From Gekko japonicus (Eukaryota): 64,000 nt of DNA. The stretch covers positions 214,432 through 278,431 of the forward strand of contig NW_015175435.1 of assembly GCF_001447785.1 (NCBI RefSeq). Reading direction: 5' to 3'. The notes below the pieces were generated by a model. That model did not search any database. It saw only the letters and a program-made list of their open reading frames with translations, and had not been told where the DNA came from. This document shows, piece after piece, positions 1 to 9,439 of the stretch (its first letter is position 1; each line of letters opens with the position of its first letter). The translations under genes were made by a program, and so were the position numbers.

Positions 1-149
1 GAATCCTCACACATAAATTCTACATAGATGGAAGATTTCTGAAATTACTTCTGTGGTATGTTGCTCCTAATGCGGCATATTGCTCCTAATTCAAGACAGA
101 CCTCATATAACATCCGATGAAATGAAAGAACTGATTGCCCAATTAAAAC

Positions 150-750
150 CAGGAAAAGCAGCTGGTCCTGATTTGATCTGTTCTGGGGAAGGGAACCCTC
201 TCCAAGCTCTGCTATGATGGAGAACTTCTGACCAGTCTCCATCTCCATTCTTCAATTATTGGGGAAGGCATTAGAGCCGGCGGTAGTTTCTGATCTCCAG
301 GTGTTTTTGGAAGAGACTGGTTTTCTGGAACCATTTCATTCTGACTTCAGGCCGTGATTTGGAATGGAGAGTGCTTTGGTCACCTTGGCTGATGTTTCCT
401 ATCAAGAATGAGACAGGGGAAACGTGACACTGATAGTTGTGCTGAATCTCTCAGATGCCTGTGATTTTATTGATCATAATATCCTACTGAGCTACCTCTT
501 AGCAGTGGGACTAAAGGGTACTGTGTTACAGTGAGCTGAGTCCTAACAGGGGAGTCAGCCTTAGGAGGCGGTGTTGGGGGATTCCTGCTCTGCCCCACAG
601 ATGTTGGTCTGTGAGGTTCTGCAGGATTCAATCTTATCCCCTATTTTATCTAATATGTATATGAAGCCACTGGGAGAGGTCAACAGGAGGTATGGGCTAT
701 ATAGAGATGATACCCAGTTCTATCTTTTCCACCTAATTCTGAGGATGTGA
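150..750 (+). mobile_element. Degenerate L2-clade LINE RT fragment
   Basis: Decayed motifs resembling PFQSGFRP..TE.ALV (~330-390), GVPQGS.LSP.LF (~615-660) and DDTQ.Y (~705-725); many stops. Confidence 0.7.
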
Positions 751-1884
751 CTGATGTAGGTCATGTAATCTTCCTCTTTGGGAGGTGACTAGCAGTGCCC
801 CTGCTGCGCTGTGGCTGGCTGCTACAACACAGGCACAACAGAGGATTGCTCTGCAAATTACCTATAGCCTGCTCTGTATTCATAGATAACTATGGCATCT
901 TTTAGGTATTAGTGACTAATTGGGCTATACTACAAAAAAGAATGTGAAATCTGATTTTTTTAAAAAAACAACACTTTTTATTATTTTCCCTCCTTTGTAA
1001 CATGATGCTGAAAATATCTGCATACTTCTAGACCAAGTTAAAACCAAAACATTTTAATAGGAATGTAATGAAGTATAATTTTCCTATTGCTATTAAAATG
1101 TGAGCTCAGCCATAGATTTCTTAGCACAGGTACTAAAACGGAAAGCAATATATATGGGAATGTCAAAGAACTTTCAACAGCACTGTGATGTAGTAAAATT
1201 ACATGTCTTCTTGACCACAAGGTGAAGAAAAAACATTTTATAACACAGACTTAATGTTATAAATATGCCTCAATAAAACTCCAATAGGCTTTTATTGTAA
1301 TTGCTTATCTCAAGACTCTAATAATTTTGAATGCTCAGTGATTTCTTATTTAAATGCTTCAGTGCTTCAGCTTTTTTCTCATGTCTCTTTTATAACCTCT
1401 TCAGCAAGCAAGGAAGAAAAACAGAGTAACAAGGTAAAGTCTAATCTGTAGGGAACGATAATGTAACATAGACCTCCCATACTTTATTCCCAGCCTAAAG
1501 TTACTGAAAACTCACAGGCAAAGAGTATTATAATGATCCCCATGCTGCACACTGGAGTTAAGACAATGGATCATTGAAATAGATTGTCTGATCTAATCTA
1601 GTTAATTCCCTCATTGACAGAATTACATTTACCCACTGTGAAATTTTATTTACACAGGCCAGGAGGGGGGAGTATTCTGACATGACATAAAATGCTTATT
1701 CTCAAATTGGAACCAAAATGAATAATTTCTGACATGTCAATCAGAACAGCATTTTTACCCACAATCTTTTTCCAGACAGAATACATCATAATGGCTTTTT
1801 TATCCTGGATGGGTAAAAATAAAAAGAACATATACCTAAAGCACTTCTTGGAGTTTTACAAATTACTAGCCTTCTAAATATGCA

Positions 1885-2112
1885 TTTGCATTTTATTTAT
1901 ATCCCACTTTTCTACCCAGCTAGGTCTCAAGACAGTTTAGCACTATGTTCTCCCCTCCTTTGTTTTCTTACAACAACCCTGTGAAGTAGGTCAGACTGAG
2001 AGTACATGATGGCCCAAGGTCACCCAGCAGGCTTCCATGGTATAAGTGGGGATTCAAACCAGGATTTCCCAGGATCCTGGTCCAGCACTCCATCCACTAC
2101 ACTATACCAGCT
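1885..2112 (-). mobile_element. Older tRNA-derived Ther1/MIR-Squam3-type SINE
   Basis: acaacaaccctgtgaagtagg...cccaaggtcacccag...gggattcaaacc...ccactacactata is the reverse complement of A/B boxes plus core; similar to the copies at 7388 and 7861. Confidence 0.75.
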
Positions 2113-2721
2113 TTCAAAGAGCTCTCCTTCTTGAACTATTAATACGAGATTAAGCAATATATATTTATTTATTTGCTTCTAGGTTTTTTGGTAACACCGT
2201 TGCAATGATTTGATTAATACTTTATTGTTATGGTTTTAAAACTTATTTTGTACTGTGCCTATTTTTAATTGCATAGCAGTTTTCTAAGCTTTCTTGAGTT
2301 CCTTTTGTTGGGGGGGTAAGGCAGAAATATTTAAGAAAATGAATGAATTCTGAGAGGTTCTTTATGAACATGGAGTGGGTTCAGATATGAAAGCCCCAGT
2401 CCCAGTGATCACGTGCCAAGAAAAAGAAAAGCAAATTAGATATCAATGAGAATAAAAAGTAAATGTTGTCCATATTTTAAAAACAAAACAAAAAAAACCC
2501 AGTTCATTTAAACCTTAATTACAACCACTGTAATACTCTGTCAAGTTCAGCTTCTAATGCAGATAAAGTAAGATAATGGGTTGGATCCAAACAGCCTTTT
2601 TGCTGGTCAAAAAGGAAAAAGGAGAGTCCCTTTTGACTATCAAAAAAGGTTATTATCAGGTGACAGGACTGTCGGCAGAGTGGCTATTTACTATGCAAAG
2701 AAGAGGAGCCAATTAAGAAAA

Positions 2722-3072
2722 ACGGTGGCTCAAGTGGTTAAGACGCTGAACTGCAGGCTGTGGAAGGTCAGTAGTTCAGCAGTTCGAGACCCGGGTGCCG
2801 CATGAGGGAGTGAGCTCCCATCTCTAGTTCCAGCTCCTGCCAACCTAGCAGTTCGAAAGCAAGAAATTGCAAGTAGATAAATAGGTACCACTTCGGTGGG
2901 AAGGTAACAGCGTTCCGTGCACCTTGGTGTTTAGTCATGCCGGCCACATGACCACAGAAACGTCTTCAGACAGCTCTGGCTCTTCGGCTTTGAAATGGAG
3001 ATGAGCACCACAACCCTAGAGTCGGATTCGACTGGCTTTTGAGCAAGGGAACCTTTACCTTTACTTTACCTT
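2722..3072 (+). mobile_element. Sauria SINE, near full length
   Basis: tRNA-like head (gtggctcaagtggttaag...gttcgagacc), conserved aataggtacc core, and (ACCTTT)n tail at ~3051-3072. Confidence 0.9.
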
Positions 3073-3420
3073 AAGTATTCTATTTAAGAACTAACATTAC
3101 TGCATAGAAAGAGTAAGATGCATAAGCAGTCTAAGTACATGGCTGGTGGGAAGAACTAAGAAGAAGCAGGAAGGAAACATGAGAATTGCAATCTGGGAGC
3201 AAACAAGGAAAAGACATGTAATAGAAGAAAGAGCATTGTGACTAGGGGTGTGCCCCCCATTTTTGGGGGGTTGGGGTTGGATTTAGATATATTGGACCCA
3301 ACCCCCCCCCCCCAAATTCCAATACTGGTATTTGGATTTGAGTTTTTCCCCAGAAATCCCTCCCCCCCCAGCTCCATTATACCCTATGGGACCATTATGG
3401 TCAATGAGAAATCTAACTTG

Positions 3421-5325
3421 GGGAGGGACTTCCGGTTTATGGCGACACACTAGCGGACGCATCTCCCGGACCTCCCGGGGATGTGATCTGCACACCAGCG
3501 GTTGGGGGGAGGGAGACTGGTCACCACCACCCCCGAAGCCTTGGTGAAAGGCTCCTAGCCATGGGGCTTTTGAAGGGTGGCCTCTTTGCCAGCACATTGC
3601 TGGGGAAATGAGGCACCTTTCCACCCCGGCGGTGCTGCCACTGAGTGTACATATGGAACTAGAGCTGCTGACCGGGACAAGCGTCGGAGATCGGGCGTTT
3701 GAAACATATCCTGAGTGAGGTCGTAAGACCAACAATAAACAGTGAGTAGAGTTAAAGTGAATGATGGGAATTTTAAAAGGAAAGTACCCCCTGGGAACTG
3801 AGAGAAAAGTGAGCGGGGGAGGGGCCCCTCCCACACGCGCAAATGAAAAAGGGACCTACCAAGGGGGGAGCGAAAACAAAAGCATCAAAATCTGTTTTAA
3901 GAGACTTACCAGAGCACGGTCAGGCGTATGGGCAAATTTCAGAGACTTTAGCAAGTTTTTAAAAAGTAAACAATCCATAAAGATGGCGGGGAAGAAGACG
4001 GAGGAAGATAGACTGGCAAAAGTGAAACTAGCGGGGAGCATGAGCCCCTGACCGGAAGAGGTCACTGAGTTCTCGAAACAGCTGGTGGACTCTTTGCGTC
4101 TCCTGCTGGACCAGATGACCAACATCAATCAACAGCTGACAACCTTAAATCAGAACCTTGCAACTCAGCAACTCCAACTGACTGAAACTTCAAAAAAGAC
4201 AGAGCAAACAGCTGAGAAAGTGAAGGAAATGGACGCCAAGAGCAAAAAAGTTAAGAAAAAAGTGCAAATCCTGGGGGGAAAGCAGGCTTCGGACAAATCT
4301 CAACTTTTACAACTACAAATGGAGAAAGCAAATATGGTCCTCAGGTTCCAAGGGGTTCCAGAGACAAAAGACGAGAATCTAAAGCAACTTTTGAGTGAAG
4401 CATTAGCCCCAGTTACAGATTTGAAAGCGGAATATCTTGTAAGTGAAATGGATGTGGTCTACAGGGCCTATTCCGTTTATATCAAGAAAAATAATCTGCC
4501 TGGGGAGATAGTGGTCAGATTCTCGAAGAGACACATAAGGGATTTAATCCTGAAAGCAACTACAGTAACACCCTTGAAAATGGGGGAAAATACCATCAGG
4601 ATCCTGAAAGATATCCGATTTGAAATAAGGCAAAAGAGGAAGAAGTACAATGACTTAATCCTTTTCTTACAAACAAACAGCATTGCCTACAGATGGCTGA
4701 TTCCAGAAGGCGTCATTTTCAGACTACACAATAAAAAGGAAAAGATTGACTCTGTTTTTAAAGCGTGTGAGTTCCTGAGATTGCAACTGGGAGAGACAGC
4801 CAAGGTCGCTAAAGAAGAAGATGATAGCAAATCTAGTGGCGAATTGGACTCTGTGTCTTCCGATGAAGACTCTGCTTCCGAAAAGGGGGCGGCTGCTCTC
4901 AAACGAGCATATCAATCGAGGATTAGAAAAGATAAAACAAAGTGAAGGCTGAAGGACTCTGAATTGTGCCTTAAAGCTTTTTAGTATAGATGATGCTCTT
5001 GAAGTTCTCTAAACAGTTAAATTAATGGATAAAAAGATACATAATTTAGGGTAATGGACTATGTTCAATGTAATACTAGCAATTTTAGATTAACAATTTT
5101 AGATCACAAATACCGGTAGTTGTTTTAGATTACAAGCTGTTTTTAGATTGTGATTTTAGATTACAAGATGTTGTTATGATCTCCTATTCTTGGGGTTTTA
5201 GTTATTAGTGGTTTTCTTTTCTTTCTCCTTAGATGTAGTCCCCCCCCCCTATTTTTTCATTGTAGTTTGTAGTCTATTAAAAATGCAATAAAAAATCCCC
5301 TTCGGGGGGCACAAAAAGAAAAGAA
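3421..5325 (+). mobile_element. ORF1-only L1-derived retroelement (half-L1/HAL1-like)
   Basis: L1-type 5' start GGGAGGGACTTCCGG..ATGGCG, CpG-rich 5'UTR, one ORF1, ~340 nt 3'UTR, AATAAA at ~5287, A-rich tail, and direct repeat aaatctaact at 3409-3418 and 5326-5335. No ORF2. Confidence 0.85.
3983..4945 (+). pseudogene. L1 ORF1p (coiled coil + RRM + CTD), 320 codons with one in-frame TGA at 4049-4051
   Basis: aagATGG start at 3983 is in frame with ORF 4085..4945. Heptad-rich N-region, LRFQGVPE (L1 RRM start motif), EIVVRF, IRILKDI, YRWLIPEG, then an acidic/Ser-rich and basic tail. Confidence 0.88.
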
Positions 5326-5671
5326 AAATCTAACTGGGGTTTATCCAGGGGTCTCTGCAGCTGTTTTTGAGGTAGAGGCACCAAAATTTCAGTGTAGCTT
5401 CTGGTGCCTCTTCTCAAAAGACACCCCCCACACAGGTTTTAAAAAGATTGGACTAGGGGTCCAATTCTGTGGGCCACCAAAAAAGGTGCACCTGTTCGCC
5501 ACTGTACCATGCCAGAAGGAGGTGTGGCAGAAAAAAATCAGGGATGATGGGACGACAGATGAGAACCTGTGTGGGCCAAGCACACAGCCCTTTGAAGCCA
5601 ACAGTGAGAAGGGTGGAAAAAAGGTACATAGACCCTGTGGGAGGAACTATTGACACTAGTCCCTGTCCTTC

Positions 5672-6692
5672 ATAAGAACATACGAGAAGCCAAAGTTGGA
5701 TCAGGCCAATGGCCCATCTAGTTCAACACTCTTNNNNNNNNNNNNNNNNNNNNNNNNNNNNNNNNNNNNNNNNNNNNNNNNNNNTAGGGAAAGTGTTCCA
5801 ACCCTTTTATCATTCTAGTTGCCCTTTTCTGCACTTTTCCCAATGCTATAATATCCTTTTAGAGGTGTGGTGACCAGAACTGTACACAGTACTCCAAATG
5901 AGGTCGCACCATTGATTTCTACAGGGGCATTATGATACTGGCTGATTTGTTTTCAGTTCCCTTCCTAATAATCCCCAGCATAGCGTTGGCCTTTTTTATT
6001 GCAGTCACACACTGTCTAGACATTTTCATTGAGTTATCTACTGCAACTCCAAGATCTCTCTCTTGGTCAGTCTCTGCCAGTTCGGACCCCATCAATGTCT
6101 ATTTATAGGATTTTTGGCTCCAATGTGTATCACTTTGCACTTGGCCACATTGAGCCCCATTTGCCACATGGACGCCCATTCACCCATCTTCAACAGATCC
6201 ATTTGGAGTGCCTCACAATCCTCCCTGGTTCTCAACACCCTGAAAAACTTCGTGTCATCTGCAAATTTAGCCACCTCACTGCTTACTCCCAACTCCAAAT
6301 CATTAATAAACAAGTTAAAAAGCATTGGACCGAGTACTGATCCCTGTGGTACCCCACTGCTTACCACCCTCCACTGAGAAAATTGCCCATTTATACTCAC
6401 TCTCTATTTCCTATTAATTAACCAGTTTTTGATCCACAAGAGGATTTGTCCTTTTATGTCATGACTATTGAACTTACTTAGGAGCCTTTGATGAGGAACT
6501 TTATCAAAAACTTTCTGAAAGTCAAGGTAAACAGCATCTATTGGGTCCCCCTTGTCCACATGCTTGCTCACCCCCTCTAAGAACTCTAAAAGGTTAGTGA
6601 GACAAGATCTTCCCTTACAGAACCCATGCTGAGTCTGCCTCAATAGTATTTGTTCATCAATGTTCCTACTAATTCTTTCCTTAATAAGGCTC
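5672..6692 (-). mobile_element. CR1 LINE 3' fragment (RT + 3'UTR), spans an N gap
   Basis: ORFs 6404..6763 and 6092..6400 give QHGFCKGRSCLTNLLEF, YLDFQKVFDKVPH, SGVPQGSVLGP, KFADDTK. The cataagaacata tail marks the CR1 3' end. Confidence 0.93.
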
Positions 6693-7387
6693 ACTTCAGG
6701 ACTGTTGGGATTGGTAGAGCTCAGGGCTCTTCCACCTTCAGGGCTCTTTAAAAAGCTGTCCAAGGGTGAGACAGGGAGGAAGAGCCAGACCTCTCATGCT
6801 GTAAAGGAGGCTGAAGAGTGACCCAGCCCATATAAGGTTGTGCCAATTTCCAACAGTTCTTTCCTCCCTCTTCAGAGACTCACTAGGCCGTACCTGAGGG
6901 TCCACTCTCTGTTTTTTCTGTCTGTGTAGTGGGCGGCACATGAGGATCAGGACTCAAGAGAGCTCCCCACTCCCAAAGGTGCTCATTCTCAGTACCAGTT
7001 AGTACCATTATTAAAAAAAATACTTTTATACATCCTATTGTAAGGCAAGGAATTTGTATTCAGATTCTCATTCCACTTAACGTAATGAACAGCATCTAAG
7101 TCACTTCTTACAGGGGGAACATTTGAAAAACTACATCAGATAAAGATGAAAAGGAACAACTTGGTCTCTGGATCAGGATGGCATACACGGAACAAGCAAT
7201 TCAAATATCAGACTATTGATTTTCTAACAAAAACATGCTTCTTTCTCAGAGGGTTGGAAGGTAGCCAATATAATACTAGTTTTAAAAGGGGATACAGAGG
7301 GAACAGAACATTACAGGCTCATTAGTTAAACTGATGAAAACATGATTAAAGTTAGACTTGTTAAGCATACGTAATAAAAAAATGCTA

Positions 7388-7675
7388 AGAGCCAGTTTGG
7401 TGTAGTGGTTAAGTGTGCGGACTCTAATCTGGGAGAACCGGGTTTGATTCCCCACTCCTCCACTTGCACCTGCTGATGTGACCTTGGGTCAGTCGCAAGC
7501 TCTGGCACAGCTGTCCTTGAAAAAGAGCAGTTTGTGTTAGAGTTCTCTCAGCCCCACCCACCTCACAGGGTGTCTGTTGTGGGGAGGGGAAGGGAAAGGA
7601 GTTTGTAAGCCGCTCTGAGACACCTTTGGGTAGTGAAGGGCTTGGTATAAATCCAATCTCTTCTCTTCTTCTTCT
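7388..7675 (+). mobile_element. Squam3-like tRNA SINE
   Basis: A box TGGTGTAGTGG (~7398), B box GGTTTGATTCC (~7441), core ctctctcagccccacccacctcacaggg, (TTC)n tail. Confidence 0.88.
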
Positions 7676-7860
7676 AAGAAAGAATCAGCTTGGATTCTAC
7701 AAAAGAAGTTGTGCCTTATCAACCTATTAGAATTAATTCAACCATCAAATATATATGTAGAAAGAGGCAATCCAGTAGGTATTTCTAAAAAAGTTTTGGT
7801 AATCTTAGCAATCATAAAACAGGATGGATACTCTTATGAATAAGTACCTGATTTTTTTTA

Positions 7861-8135
7861 AAGAAGAAGAAGAGATTGGATTTACACCCCACCCTTCACT
7901 CAGAGTCTCAGAGTGGCTAACAAACTCCTTTCCCTTCCCCTCCCCGCAACAGACACCCTGTGAGGTAGGTGGGGCTGAGAGAACTCTTTTCAGAACTGTA
8001 CTTGAGAGAACAGCTCTGACAGAACTATGGCTTGCCCAAGGTCATCCAGCAGCTGAAAGTGGAGGAGAGGGGAATCAAACCCGGTTCTCCCAGATTAGAG
8101 TCCATGCACTTAACTACTACACCAAACTGGCTCTC
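7861..8135 (-). mobile_element. Squam3-like tRNA SINE
   Basis: Reverse complement of the 7388 copy, (GAA)n tail at 7861. Confidence 0.88.
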
Positions 8136-8139
8136 CAAA

Positions 8140-9350
8140 CATACACCTTCCTTTAGCTGCAGGCCTACTTTGCAGAGATCCTATGGTCCACCACAAGGTA
8201 TGCAGGTTCAAGTTGAGAACTTGGCTGCTGAACAGTCCCAGTTTGGGTTCTCCAACCAGGTCGCCAGTGTCAACTCCTGTAGACCTTCTACTAAGAAGTC
8301 TTATATGAGTAAACAGGTCCATTTTTCTGATTGGGCCAGGACACAGGGAGTTCAGACAGAGAATTGTCCTATTGCCCTGGTCTGGCGGTTCCCTTCCCTT
8401 AAGGTATGTTTAGCTGCTATATCTTCCTACCATGCCAAGATCCAGGACAAGATGCTGTTTTCTCACCCAGTGTCCAAGAGTTTTTTGAAGGGGTTGTTTG
8501 TTCCCTCCATAGCCACGTATAGTGCCACAGTGGTCCTTGTCAGTGGTTCTCTCCCAGCTCATGTTAGCCCAATTCAAACCTTTAGGGTCTTGTAGCTTGT
8601 GACTCTTTTCTTTCATGGTCACATTTTTGGTGGCGATCATGTCAGCCAGGAGAGTGGGAGAGTTGGCAGCTTTGAAGGCTGACCATCCATTTATTAAGTT
8701 CCAGACTAGCTATGTAGTTCTGAGACCCAGTTTACGTTTTTACCTCAGAATGTCTTTAGTTTCCATCTTGCTCAGGATATTGTCCTTCCAGATTTTTTTC
8801 CCATCCCCTGCCTTGGAGGCTGAAAACGCACTATATTCCTTAGATGTGAAGAGGTCTTTATTGTTTTACTTAGACAGAACAAAAGGCTTCCAGTAGTCCC
8901 CACATTTTTTTGTGTGCTACTCCTGTAGCTCAAGGGGGAGGTCAGCCTCAGCACAGACTTTCTAGATGGATGGCTTTGGCTATTTGGTTGGGGTATGAGC
9001 AAGCCAGTCTACCATGACCTCTTGAGATTTGGGTGCACACTGCATGGGCACAGGCAGTGTCAGCAGTGTTCCAGAGAGGCACTCCCTTGGAGGACATCTG
9101 CCGAGCACCGGCACGGTCATTATCGGACACCTTCATCAAGTATTCTGTGGACGTGATAAGGGGTTCAGTAGTTGGCAGAGTCTTGCCATACTCCTTGTTC
9201 CACTGAAACTCACCCCTCCTCCAAGGTAAGGAGCTCTGTAGATTCCCTATGTGGGTCTGCACAGACGACTGAAGATGAAAACAGGATTGCATTTACCTGT
9301 AACTGTTGATCATAGAGGTGTCTTCTGTGCAGGCACATATTCCCTTCCTC
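8140..9350 (+). mobile_element. DIRS retrotransposon block: end of MT domain, tyrosine recombinase (frameshifted), ICR
   Basis: RPSTKKSY..F.DW, SLKVCLAAISSYH, FLVAIMSARRVGELAAL, LDVKRSLLFYLDRTK (YR motifs). Internal complementary region at ~9245-9345 (gcacagacgactgaagatgaaa...tcttctgtgcagg). Confidence 0.88.
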
Positions 9351-9439
9351 CTAACCCTCTGTGAGTTCATAGAATGCAGTTACATGCATAACCCTTCTTC
9401 ACATTCTTCTTCTACATAGAGGCCCTTAAATAATAATAG

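Larger units (their letters stand above)
3242..5495. repeat. Host non-autonomous DNA-transposon-like repeat split by the half-L1 insertion
   Basis: Begins ctaggggtgtgc. Sequence before 3420 resumes after 5326 (gaggtagaggcaccaaaatttcag...gattggactaggggtccaattc), which I recall as a common gecko interspersed repeat. Confidence 0.5.

Noticed and set aside
4085-4945. Domesticated L1TD1-like gene
   Set aside because: TSD, polyA tail, intact TE 5' end, insertion within another repeat and an early stop indicate a TE copy rather than a host gene.
7388-7460. tRNA gene
   Set aside because: The A/B boxes belong to a SINE head followed by SINE core and tail; no complete cloverleaf.
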